A stretch of DNA of 64,000 bases, from the NCBI GenBank assembly GCA_002269645.1, contig NIVC01002377.1:115596-179595 (forward strand). Direction: 5' to 3'. Below are positions 23,860 through 37,182 of the stretch, in pieces; position 1 is the first letter of the stretch, and each line of letters opens with the position of its first letter. The notes beneath the pieces were generated by a model. The model had not been told where the DNA came from and ran no database searches. It saw only the letters and a program-made list of their open reading frames with translations. This stretch comes from Macrostomum lignano. Taxonomy: Eukaryota. Both the position numbers and the translations under genes were made by a program.

Positions 23860-24682
23860 TTTACAGACCCTTCAAAAACTTCAAAAACCCTTCAGAGGTT
23901 TCACAAACCCTTCAGAAGCATCACAAACCATTCAGAAACATCACAAACAATCCAGAAACATCTCAAACCATTCAGAAACATCACAAACCATCCAGAAACA
24001 TCACAAACCATTCAGAAGCATCACAAACCATTCAGAAACATCACAAACCATCCAGAAACATCTCAAACCATTCAAAAGCATCACAAACCATTCAGAAACA
24101 TCACAAACCATTCAGAAACATCACAAACCATCCAGAAACATCTCAAACCATTCAGAAACCTCACAAACCATCCAGAAACATCTCAAACCATTCAGAAACA
24201 TCTCAAACCATTCAGAAACATCACAAACCATTCAGAAACATCACAAACCATCCAGAAACATCTCAAACCATTCAGAAACCTCACAAACCATCCAGAAACA
24301 TCTCAAACCATTCAGAAACATCTCAAACCATTCAGAAACATCACAAACCATCCAGAAACATCTCAAACCATTCAAAAGCATCACAAACCATTCAAAAACA
24401 TCATAAACCATTCAAAAACATCACAAACCATCCAGAAACATCTCAAACCATTCAGAAACCTCACAAACCATTCAGAAACATCACAAACCATCCAGAAACA
24501 TCTCAAACCATTCAAAAGCATCACAAACCATTCAGAAACATCACAAACCATTCAGAAACATCACAAACCATTCAGAAACATCACAAACCATTCAGAAACA
24601 TCACAAACCATTCAGAAACATCACAAACCATTCAGAAACATCACAAACCATTCAGAAACAGCACAAACCATTCAGAAACATT
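23860..24682. repeat. 20-bp minisatellite (AAACCATTCAGAAACATCAC)
   Basis: About 40 units. Confidence 0.95.
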
Positions 24683-25381
24683 AAAAAGCACTGAGAAACT
24701 TTTTTCAAGACACTAAAATCTTCAAAAACATTTTAACTAAATAAAGTTGGCAATATGAATTTGTCATCACTGAAAAAAGAAACTAAAAGAAAAGAAGATT
24801 TTCTTTCCAATGCCAATTTCCCGTCATTTAAGTCGCTAATGAGCCCCGCGCCCCCATGCCATGCGGCAGCATGACGACAACTGGCTCCAGTTTCCTTTGT
24901 AACTGGTGGTGGACACTGCGGGGGGATCATAAATTTCATTTCAAGCACTGACTGGCTGTCAAATTGGCAATAATTGATCGCCGGGCCCGGGTCAGGGAAG
25001 TTAGGAATGAAGAGCGCCTTCTCTGACTCTGACTGCAGTATGTCAGACACGGCGCTAATGGCCCTAAAGTCAAGCTGTCATGCAGTGCCAAAATCAATTC
25101 AATGAGAGACATAGCCAGAATTGAAACCCTTCAGAAGCCCGCCCGGAAGGACTGCCACAATTTAGCCAGCTGCCAATGCTTCATCACTGTGCTAGGAGGG
25201 GCAGCTGGAGGAGGGGCAGCTGGGGCTGGGGCGGGTCATTACCAGCTCATTTAGCGCCAAAGCTGTCAGACTGGTTGTGAGGCTATTAGGACTTAATTAT
25301 AACTTCATCTATATTATTATAGATTAGAAAAGACATATCTAAAAATGCAATTTATATTTGATTTTAGATGCGGATTCATTA

Positions 25382-26486
25382 GGGGGAGGAGATGTCGGGG
25401 AGTAGGTCGCCGTGAGGGAGGAGATGTCGGGGAGTAGGTCGCCGTGAGGGGAGGAGATGTCGGGGAGTAGGTCGCCGTGAGGGGAGGAGATTTTAGGGAG
25501 TAGGTCGCCGTGAGGGGAGGAGATGTCGGGGAGTAGGTCGCCGTGAGGGGAGGAGATTTTAGGGAGTAGGTCGCCGTGAGGGGAGGAGATGTCGGGGAGT
25601 AGGTCGCCGTGAGGGGAGGAGATTTTAGGGAGTAGGTCGCCGTGAGGGAGGAGATGTCGGGGAGTAGGTCGCCGTGAGGGGAGGAGATGTCGGGGAGTAG
25701 GTCGCCGTGAGGGGAGGAGATTTTAGGGAGTAGGTCGCCGTGAGGGGAGGAGATGTCGGGGAGTAGGTCGCCGTGAGGGAGGAGATGTCGGGGAGTAGGT
25801 CGCCGTGAGGGGAGGAGATGTCGGGGAGTAGGTCGCCGTGAGGGGAGGAGATTTTAGGGAGTAGGTCGCCGTGAGGGAGGAGATGTCGGGGAGTAGGTCG
25901 CCGTGAGGGGAGGAGATGTCGGGGAGTAGGTCGCCGTGAGGGGAGGAGATTTTAGGGAGTAGGTCGCCGTGAGGGGAGGAGATGTCGGGGAGTAGGTCGC
26001 CGTGAGGGAGGAGATGTCGGGGAGTAGGTCGCCGTGAGGGGAGGAGATGTCGGGGAGTAGGTCGCCGTGAGGGGAGGAGATTTTAGGGAGTAGGTCGCCG
26101 TGAGGGGAGGAGATGTCGGGGAGTAGGTCGCCGTGAGGGGAGGAGATTTTAGGGAGTAGGTCGCCGTGAGGGGAGGAGATGTCGGGGAGTAGGTCGCCGT
26201 GAGGGGGGGAGATGTCGGAGAGTAGGTTGCTGTGAGGAAGGAGATGTCAGGGAGTAGGTCGCCGTGAGGGGAGGAGATGTCGGGGAGTAGGTCGCCGTGA
26301 GGGAGGAGATGTCGGGGAGTAGGTCGCCGTGAGGGGAGGAGATGTCGGGGAGTAGGTCGCCGTGAGGGGAGGAGATGTCGGGGAGTAGGTCGCCGTGAGG
26401 GAGGAGATGTCGGGGAGTAGGTCGCCGTGAGGGAGGAGATGTCGGGGAGTAGGTCGCCGTGAGGGAGGAGATGTCGGGGAGTAGGT
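25382..26486. repeat. 32/33-bp G-rich minisatellite (GGGGAGTAGGTCGCCGTGAGGGGAGGAGATGTC)
   Basis: About 34 units; ATGTCGG and ATTTTAG variants interleaved. Confidence 0.97.
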
Positions 26487-26590
26487 TGATAACCTGTCGA
26501 GAAGTTCATTTGGCTGCACACTGCAGCTAATTGATATGAAACTCGTACGAAAAATCTGGCCAAGCTCCCAGCTTCCACCGGCCGCTTCCC

Positions 26591-26603
26591 GTCACGTGAC
26601 TCA
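26591..26603. promoter_or_regulatory. Perfect GTCACGTGAC E-box/CLEAR-type palindrome overlapping TGACTCA (AP-1 type)
   Basis: Exact motif matches in a CpG-rich patch; function is not shown by sequence alone. Confidence 0.3.
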
Positions 26604-27431
26604 CTCGGCTGAACGTGATTGCTAAAATAGATGACTGGCGGTGTCTGGGAAAACTAAAATAAAACGGGAAAAAAGTGTAGCACGTGCTCGGCCTTCTGCC
26701 TCTCTGCCTCATTATTGGGTAGCGCCATAATCATGACACACTGATAATTTATCACAGGTAGCCAGCCCAACGCCTGAACAGGGCCTAAAAATTAGCATCA
26801 GAGGCCAAACTAAGCTCTCAAACCAGCGTCCCACAACCACCGCCCATTCCGCTGTGAGCACACACACGCTCACACAGGGTGTACAGCAGCCCTGACTTTC
26901 TAATCGTCAGGTATGTACAGTCTGTGTGCCTTGGGGGTTGGCCCTCTTGAGGTTGAATGTGGTCGCGCACGGGATCAAATCAGGGAGGGGTTAATTCCCG
27001 GCGAGTTTAGACGAGTCTGTTCGAAGGAAAATGCCCTTGCCCAGATTTAGCAGGATGGAGATGCAAAGAAGACTCAGAAGCAGACTGAGTCATGGGAGAC
27101 TCGCTTTTGAGGCGGCAGGCATTTTTTTCTGAGCAACTCGTCGGGCTTCCCGCGACCAACCGCACTGGGGGGAATCTTTTCAATGCAATTTTGACAAACA
27201 AAAGAAAGGTAAAAAAAGGAAAATTCAATTTCTGTCTGAGCACCTGAGCCTGAGCACGCGGGTTTAGCCTGTGCTGCCATTGAAAATGCACGCTGCGCTC
27301 TGGGGTCGGAGCCAAGAACAATAAAAGATGCCTGCTTGTGTTTTTTCTCCGCTTAGAAGGCTTCTGGGCTGCTTGGTTTTGAGGGTTAAACAGAATTTCA
27401 CGGATGCAGCATTTTCTGTAGCGGGGTTGCC

Positions 27432-27907
<476 letters not shown>

Positions 27908-27947
27908 AATTTACGAATATTAAACTAACACGAGTTCCGAATAATTG

Positions 27948-28720
27948 AAATGTGTGAAGCCTCTGTAAATTGTGTGAAGCTTCTGTAAATTGTGTGAAGC
28001 TTCTGTAAATTGTGTGAAGCTTCTGTAAATTGTGTGAAGCTTCTGTAAATTGTGTGAAGCTTCTGTAAATTGTGTGAAGCTTCTGTAAATTGTGTGAAGC
28101 TTCTGTAAATTGTGTGAAGCTTCTGTAAATTGTGTGAAGCTTCTGTAAATTGTGTGAGGCACCCATAGTTTGTGTGAAGCTTCTGTAAATTGTGTGAAGC
28201 TTCTGTAAATTGTGTGAAGCTTCTGTAAATTGTGTGAAGCTTCTGTAAATTGTGTGAAGCTTCTGTAAATTGTGTGAAGCTTCTGTAAATTGTGTGAAGC
28301 TTCTGTAAATTGTGTGAAGCTTCTGTAAATTGTGTGAGGCACCCATAGTTTGTGTGAAGCTTCTGTAAATTGTGTGAAGCTTCTGTAAATTGTATGAAGC
28401 TTCTGTAAATTGTGTGAAGCTTCTGTAAATTGTGTGAAGCTTCTGTAAATTGTGTGAAGCTTCTGTAAATTGTGTGAAGCTTCTGTAAATTGTGTGAAGC
28501 TTCTGTAAATTGTGTGAAGCTTCTGTAAATTGTGTGAAGCTTCTGTAAATTGTGTGAAGCTTCTGTAAATTGTGTGAAGCTTCTGTAAATTGTGTGAAGC
28601 TTCTGTAAATTGTGTGAAGCTTCTGTAAATTGTGTGAAGCATCTATAATTTGTGTGAAGCTTCTATAGTTTGTGTGGAGCACCTATAGTTTTTTGTGTGA
28701 AGCTTCTCTAGTTTGTGTGA
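27948..28720. repeat. 20-bp minisatellite (TGTGTGAAGCTTCTGTAAAT)
   Basis: About 38 nearly perfect units; identical variant unit at ~28151 and ~28331. Confidence 0.97.
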
Positions 28721-29934
28721 AGTTTCTAACTTCCCAACCTTCTAGTTTTCGTGAATTTTATAGCTTGTAAAAGTTCTACTTTTGTAAAAGCACCACTTTT
28801 ATTTCTTTGCACAAGTTTTAACTGGGTACAAGAGGAATGCTTGAGAAACCCACCACAGAGCCGATCCAATACCAATTTTGGGAATTCTGGGATTTGAGCA
28901 CAGTCATACCCCCCCCCCCTGTTCGGCCGCAGAAATTGCTTTCACCAGCAACTGCCATCGCCTCCCAGCATTGCTGCAATCCATTCAAGCCATTCTGGTC
29001 TCTTTTGGCTTCCTGTTCCGTCATGAGCGCTCCCGCCATGTCCCTCATCTGCCTCTTTATCCAGCCTCCTATGCCGCCTCCCTCATCTGAGCAGCGTCTC
29101 TCGGATCAAAGCAGCCGCCCCCACCCCCCTAAAGTCATCAGCTCTTCCACACGGCAGCAAAATCAGTTTTATAGCTTCTCTGCCGCATTGTTATTTTGCA
29201 GTTAATGTGGAAAAACTCACCAACGCGCTCTCAAGTTTTCGACCCCCCCCTCTGCTTTCAAAAGCTTTCGAGACGAACCCGCAGATCCCAGACTTAACAA
29301 TCTAAATTGGGCAAGCGAGGAACACTCATTCAAGGGATTTCCATATTCCCGAACAAGGAGCCCGTGTCACCTGGCTGATTTCAACTCAGTGCTACTCAAA
29401 CCCTGCGCTGACCCCTCCGGCTAAATATCGATTTGATGAGAGAATATCGATTTTCCTTGCTTGCGTTTCTGCACAACCAGATGAAGTGTGAGCAGCTGAC
29501 ACTTCTGTGAGAAGGGACCGATGATAATTAGAGGCTGAAGCTGAGCTGGATGTCTGGAACTCAAGACTCGAATCAAGAAACATTTCTAGGCTGCCATTGT
29601 CAGTAGTGCAGAAGTACATCTAGGATCCTCCAGTCTCCTCAAGATAGAAAGAATAGAGAAAGCGAAAAAAATTATACAAAGACTTCAGACTGAGACAAAG
29701 ACCTGACAGTTATGCTTAATAATGATGAGTTATTGCCAGCATTCTGTCTGCGGTTTGATAGAGAAATAGATAAAATCGGAGAACACATTTAATCGACCCA
29801 TATGGCGCTCTTTTTCTTAGAAATCTGCCCTGACACGGAAAAGCGCGAGGAGTTAAAAAGGATTAAGTGATTTCTTCGGATTACTAATTGATTGATAATG
29901 TCTCGCATGGCTTGATGTCACGCATTTCAAGACT

Positions 29935-30172
29935 AGCTGTCACAGGATCCCAGAGGTGCTATCACAGGATCCCAGAGGAGCTATCACAGGATCCCAGTGG
30001 AGCTATCACAGGATCCCAGTGGAGCTATCACAGGATCCCAGTGGAGCTATCACAGGATCCCAGAGGAGCTATCACAGGATCCCAGAGGAGCTATCACAGG
30101 ATCCCAGAGGAGCTATCACAGGATTCCAGTGGAGCTATCACAGGATCTATCCAGTGATAGAGGAGCTATCTG
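29935..30172. repeat. 22-bp minisatellite (GAGCTATCACAGGATCCCAGAG/TG)
   Basis: About 10 units beginning ~30 nt inside the protocadherin intron. Confidence 0.93.
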
Positions 30173-30201
30173 AGTTCTGAGAACCCGCCAGTGTCACTCA
30201 C

Positions 30202-32978
30202 CTGTTTCTCAGCTCCATCCCTCAGCATGGAGCCCAGCGGGGAGCCGGGATGCTGCCAAGCATAATAAGTTGATGAAGCTGCCGAGGCCTCCGGCCCAGA
30301 TGCCGTTGACGCTGCAGCCGCCGCAGCCGCCGCCGCTTTCAGTCCAGCCTCTTCGTCTTCGTCTGTTGGCGCTGCCAGCTGTCGGCGCCTCGCTCCGCCC
30401 GCTCCTCCGCCGCTGCCGCCGCCTCTGCCGACCACGCCGCCGCTGGCGCGCACCCGACAGATGGCCACCAGCAGGGCGGTAGCCAGCACCGCCGTGCCCA
30501 CCACGATGGCAACCAGCGCCACCAGGCCGTTGAACCCTGCGGAGCCCAGCCTGCCTAGCGGGCCGCCACCCGGAGGCGGCGTCAGCCGGATCTGGAATTC
30601 GCCCCGGCCGCTCAGCTGCCTCGGCCGGCCTCGGTCGCGCATCAGCACCAGCACGGTGTACGTGCCTGCGGCCGGCGGCGCAGTCTCCGGGTCCCAGGCG
30701 GTGGCGAGCCGGCCGGTGTCCAGGCCGATGCTCAGCAGGCCGCTGGCGTTGCTGGCCCCCAGCCGGTACTCAACTGTGCCGTTGTCGCCGAGGTCGCGAT
30801 CGGCGCCGCGCACCGTCAGGATTGGCGAGCCCGGTGGCAGGTTGGTGTACACGATGGTCCGCTCGGAGCCGACGGCGCTACCCGGAGACGGCTGCTCCAG
30901 CACCGGGGCGCAGTCGTTAACGTCGGCGACGTCCACCTGGACGGTGGCGGTGGAGCTGCGGCTAACGCGGCCCTGGTCGCGAGCTTCAATTTCGACGTAG
31001 AACTTGGCGTAGGCCTCCCGGTCGATGGGCTTGGCCACCACCAGGGAGCCGTTGCTGAACAGCCGGAGGAATTCGTTGGCAACGTTGTGCGTGTCGCTCA
31101 GCATGGCGAAAGTCACCGAGCCGTTGGCGCCGCTGTCGGGATCGTGGAAGCTCACGCGGCCGAGCTCCGTGCCCGGCGGAGAGTTCTCGACCACCTGGAA
31201 GGCCGGCGGACCGGTGTACAGAGGCGAGCAGTCGTTGACGTCTGTCAGCACCACGACGACCGTAGCGGTGTCCGACTTGCCGCCGTAGTCCCTGGCGGTC
31301 ACGGTGAACCGCAGGCTCTCGGCCGTCTCCCTGTCGAGTCGGCCGCGAACTTCGATTCGACCTGACCGAGCGTCGACGCTGAAGTTGGCGGAGCCGGCCT
31401 CGTCCAGCTCGTAGTGCACCTCGCCGAACCTGTCGCGGTCCTGGTCAACAGCCTTGACCACCTGGACGGTCAGCCCGTTGGCCAGGTCCTCCGGCACGCT
31501 GACGTGGTAGTTCCTCTGGTCGAACACCGGCCCGAAGTCGTTGGTCTCTCGAATCGGCACCCGGTACTCGACTCGGGTCACCTTCTCCGGCGACGCGTTG
31601 TCGATGCAGCCGACCGTCACGAGCTCCTCCTGGGTCATCTCGTAGTCGAACGACGTGGCGCTGAACAGGCTGAAGGTCAGGCGCTCTGACTGCGCCCCGG
31701 GCTTGGCGCCGCTGCCGTTCGGCTCCAGGCGGAACATGTTGTTGGACTCGATTCGGCAGTTCACCCGGCCCACTGAGATCTGGTCCGCGTCCGTCACCTG
31801 CAGCGTCTTCACCAGCACGCGAGGAGGCTGGTGCTCCTCCAGGTTGTAGCTGTACAGCTCCGTGATCACCGGCTTGTTGTCGTTGGCGTCGACGACGGAG
31901 ATCCTGACTGTGCCGGTGGACGACCTCGGAGGGCTGCCCTGATCGCTGGCAATCACAAGCACCTCGGCGGAGCGCTGCTCCGGAGCTTCAAAGTCCAGCT
32001 GGCGGGCCAGGAAGAGGACCCAGAGGCCACCGGACTCACTGCCGACGCGGAAGTGCTCAGCGAGGCTCGGCGGATTCACAGACCCGATGGCGAAGGTGAC
32101 GTTGGCGTTCTCGCCGAAGTCTTTGTCGGGGGCGGTCAGGGCTCGAATTTCGTAGCCGGCCAGCTCGGTCTCCGGGAAGCTGGACTCCATCAGGTTGGGT
32201 TCGAACACTGGCGCGTTGTCGTTCACGTCGCCAACTCGGATGGTGACCACGGCGGATGTGGAGTGAACACCGTCGGTGGCCACCAGGGTCACCTGGTACT
32301 GCGGCAGCAGCTCCCGGTCCAGCGCCTTCAACAGCGTCAGGTAGGGCACCGGGACTCTCGACTGGCTGCCGTTAGTCAAGCGCTCCAGCACCACCTCCAG
32401 ACCAAAGGTGCCGCTGGGGTCCAGCAGGCTGTAGTTGCTCACCCGGTTGGCGGGGCCGTCCCCGTCATCGGCCGGGGTCAGTCGCAGCCCCGTCGGGCCC
32501 GGTGCCGGTGCGTCTTCGCGAAGCTCCACCGGCACCAGGCTGGGAAACGTCGGCCGCATGTCGTTCTCGTCCGCCAGGATGATGCGCAGATTCCGGCGCG
32601 CCTCGCGTCCACCTGGCGTCGACAAGATCAGGACGCTGAAGTCCAGGCGGCACTCCATGGACTCGCAGCAATCGGCAGCTGAGCACAGCTCGTCCCGGTC
32701 CACGTTGCGCCTGGCGTACACGGCGCCCCGACTGTCCAGAGTGAAGTAGCCGTCGAGACGAGGATTGTCGGCTTTGAGGCTGGTGGTGTGGAATCCCAGA
32801 CGGGGATCCGGGCGGGCAGGCTGGGGTCCAAGCGCAGCAGGTCGCCAACCTTCGCGTTGAAGTCCACATTGTCCGGCAGGGCCAGCTGAATTGGCTCAGC
32901 GGACACCTGGCCGGCAGACTGGCGGACCAGAGCCGGCAGCAGCAGGAGCAGCAACACAAGTGTCGCACCTGTTTCCAT
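30202..32978 (-). CDS. Protocadherin (7 EC repeats, delta-1-like architecture), large exon 1: signal peptide + ectodomain + TM + proximal tail; 1-nt frameshift near 32810
   Basis: ACCATGG start with signal peptide METGATLVLLLLLLPALVRQSAG; DxNDxxP-type linkers (DENDMRP, DVNDNAP, DANDNKP, ETNDFGP, DVNDCSP, DVNDCAP); xDRE/DFE/DYE motifs; EC1 DRDELC...C; TM GLVALVAIVVGTAVLATALLVAIC; consensus donor CAG|GTGAGT at 30202/30201. The N-terminal (32628..32978) and main (30166..32721) ORFs are in different frames. Confidence 0.93.
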
Positions 32979-33130
32979 GGTAACGAATTGTCGAATCTTT
33001 TACACCGGGGGGCCTGGATTTATTAGGCATTCATGGTTTGAACTGCCGCAATGGATTTTCTCCCTTATTTGCCGCTGACTTGTCTTTCAGTGTCCAGTTT
33101 TATCAGTGCCCCCCCCTGGTTGGCCCGCTC

Positions 33131-33160
33131 TCATTGGCTGGCCCGGGCTCAGCCAATCAG
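33131..33160. promoter_or_regulatory. Pair of oppositely oriented CCAAT boxes upstream of the protocadherin ATG
   Basis: CATTGG at ~33132 and CCAATCAG at ~33153, 150-180 bp upstream of the start codon in a GC-rich patch; GC-box-like sequence at ~33241. Confidence 0.35.
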
Positions 33161-33404
33161 CGTTCGATAGTGAATTTCGCTCAGTCTTCAGTGTCAAACT
33201 TTCCATAGCTGGCTGGAGCCATGCTGACTGTGTAATAAGCGGGGCGCGCCCGCCTCATTGTCTTGTCCACTCTGTCAAGGACATCTGAATACTAGAATCT
33301 GGATAAGAAGTGGTGTATTACAATTTGAATTATAGCTTTTTAGTTTTATTTAAGGGATAGTCAAAGGGAATGGGATTGGATAAGTAGGGAAGTTAGTATA
33401 GTTA

Positions 33405-34018
33405 CATTTGAAGATCTGAAGATTTAGGATCTGAAGCGTTGGGATCTGAAGCGCTGGGTTGGGATCTGAAACGCTGGGTTGGGATCTGAAGATTCGGGAT
33501 CTGAAGAGCTGGGTTGGGATCTGAAACGCTGGGTTGGGATCTGAAACGCTGGGTTGGGATCTGAAGATTCGGGATCTGAAGAGCTGGGTTGGGATCTGAA
33601 ACGCTGGGTTGGGATCAGAAGATTTGGGATCTGAAGATTTGGGATCTGAAGATTTGGGATCTGAAGGTTTGGGATCTGAAGGTTTGGGATCTGAAGGTTT
33701 GGGATATGAAGAGTTGGGATCTGAAGGTTTGGGATCTGAAGGTTTGGGATCTGAAGGTTTGGGATCTGAAGGTTTGGGATCTGAAGGTTTGGGATCTGAA
33801 GGTTTGGGATATGAAGGTTTGGGATATGAAGAGTTGGGATCTGAAGGTTTGGGATCTGAAGGTTTGGGATCTGAAGGTTTGGGATATGAAGATTTGGGAT
33901 CTGAAGGTTTGGGATATGAAGAGTTGGGATCTGAAGGTTTGGGATCTGAAGGTTTGGGATATGAAGAGTTGGGATCTGAAGGTTTGGGATCTGAAGGTTT
34001 GGGATCTAAATATTTGGG
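33405..34018. repeat. GGGATCTGAA-core minisatellite (20/14-bp units grading into 15-bp units)
   Basis: GGGATCTGAAACGCTGGGTT at left, GGGATCTGAAGGTTT at right. Confidence 0.95.
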
Positions 34019-34602
34019 GATCATGATGAATTTATTTAGCTTTAAAATGCAACCAATTTTGACAAAGATCAGTTCAACTCAACCGAAGTTATGATAAATT
34101 TAGAGTAAAATATGACACAAAATTGGGGGTTTGAGAGGTAGAGTTGCGTCTCCAGATTGTGGTTCAGGGGACTCCTTGTCGGTAGTCAGGCCTCCAAGCG
34201 GGATCGGGGGTTCCAGTCGGTAGCGCGCGACATGAAAGCTATGAAAAATTAACAATTAAAAGCCGGAAGCCCAAGTCCTGCGCCGCCACTGGATGTCATG
34301 GGCTGGTGTATAAGGTAGGCAGCCCGCGGTGGCGGTACTGCAAGAAGAGATGAAATTATGTTGTTCTGTGCCAGTGATAGCTCTGCATAGCCAACTGCAT
34401 AATGAAATCAAATAACGGGAATGCGGAGCGGCCGGTGGGAATAAAGACGACAGAGAGAGAGAGAATATTGTGGCGGGCTTCAATTGTATCATAATTTATA
34501 CGTTGAATAATCAGTGGCAACGCATACCATGAATTGGTGTTGTTCAAATTACTAGCCTCATTCTGGTATGAACTTTCAATGCCTACAGTATATATTTTAA
34601 TG

Positions 34603-35598
<996 letters not shown>

Positions 35599-36387
35599 TG
35601 CTATCGATGACACCACTCATAGAAGAAACCCCTCAGTCGGGAAGCTCATGAGTATGCTCATAATCATAATCATCAGCCACCGCATTGCTCATTTATGAAT
35701 GAAGCACCCAGAAATCATTATTACATCGCAAGCAATAATCAGTCAAACCAGCCCAGACACCTGTCAATCATTTCTAGTCCAGTATTGCGAAATCACGCGA
35801 GCTTGTCAGAGCGCGGGCCCTGCCGTCAAATCCCACTCTGCACCGCCAGTCCGCTGATGCTTAATAGTGCAATCCTCAAATATATATGTTGGCTGAAGCT
35901 GGGATGAAGCTGGAACTGTCTCTGGGTACTACTGTATCTTCAGCCTCCTCCTGAGCTGCTGCGCGTTGTGGAGTAAAGGAAAGAAAAATGGGATTATAAG
36001 GAGGGGAGGAGCAGCAGGGGCTCTGATTGTTGATTGACACACCACGCTGCGAACTCTCACTCGACCTGTCTCCTGGTCCCCTGAATTATTTATGGCGTCT
36101 CCTCCCACCCTCCCAGCCAAACTCTTCAAACTGGGGGGGGGGTGAAAGGAGGGGCAAAGCTCCCAGCCATAAGGGGAGGGGGCGGTTATTCCTAAAAAAT
36201 GGGGTAGAGCGAAACAATGCAGTGTAGCAATTCTTTCCCACTTTGAGAGCAGATCCTGTCAAAACAGGGGCCTCTGCAGCACTTCAGATTAGTTGACGGC
36301 AAATTCTGCGTTAAATAACGCTCTGTTCTACACGAAATCACCCGATAGCCAGCTTTGCCTGGCTTTGTTCTGATATTTAGGTTAGAT

Positions 36388-37182
36388 TGAGAGAGGGAGA
36401 TAGGGAGAGAGGGATAGAGAGATAGGTAGCTAGAGAGAGAGAGAAAAAGAGAGAGGGAGAGGGGGCAGAGGGGAGGTGTGACAGTGGGAGAGAAGGAGAG
36501 AGGGAGAGAGACACGAAGAGAGGGAGAGAAGAAGAGAGAGAGGGAGAGAAGAAGAGAGAGAGGGAGAGAAGAAGAGAGAGAGGGAGAGAAGAAGAGAGAG
36601 AGGGAGAGAAGAAGAGAGAGAGAGGGAGAGAAGAAGAGAGAGAGGAGAGAAGAAGAGAGAGAGGGAGAGAGACACGAAGAGAGGGAGAGATGGAGAGATG
36701 GAGAGAATGAGAGAAGAAGAGAGAGGGAGAGAGGGAGACACGAAGAGAGGGAGAGATGGAGAGAAGAAGAGAGAGGGAGAGAGGGAGTGATGGAGAGAGG
36801 GAGAGAATGAGAGAAGAAGAGAGAGGGAGAGAGGGAGTGATGGAGAGAGGGAGAGAATGAGAGAAGAAGAGAGAGGGAGAGAGGGAGTGATGGAGAGAGG
36901 GAGAGAATGAGAGAAGAAGAGAGAGGGATAGAGGGAGTGATGGAGAGAGGGAGAGAATGAGAGAAGAAGAGAGAGGGAGAGAGGGAGTGATGGAGAGAGG
37001 GAGAGAATGAGAGAAGAAGAGAGAGGGAGAGAGGGAGTGATGGAGAGAGGGAGAGAATGAGAGAAGAAGAGAGAGGGATAGAGGGAGTGATGGAGAGAGG
37101 GAGAGAATGAGAGAAGAAGAGAGAGGGAGAGAGGGAGTGATGGAGAGAGGGAGAGATGTAGAGAGAGAGGGAGAGAGGAGAA
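36388..37182. repeat. GA-rich array with a 50-bp higher-order unit
   Basis: GAGGGAGTGATGG recurs every 50 bp from 36781 to ~37131. Confidence 0.92.

Noticed and set aside
30270-32968. Several + strand and alternative-frame ORFs overlapping the protocadherin
   Set aside because: Shadow ORFs expected from GC-rich coding sequence.
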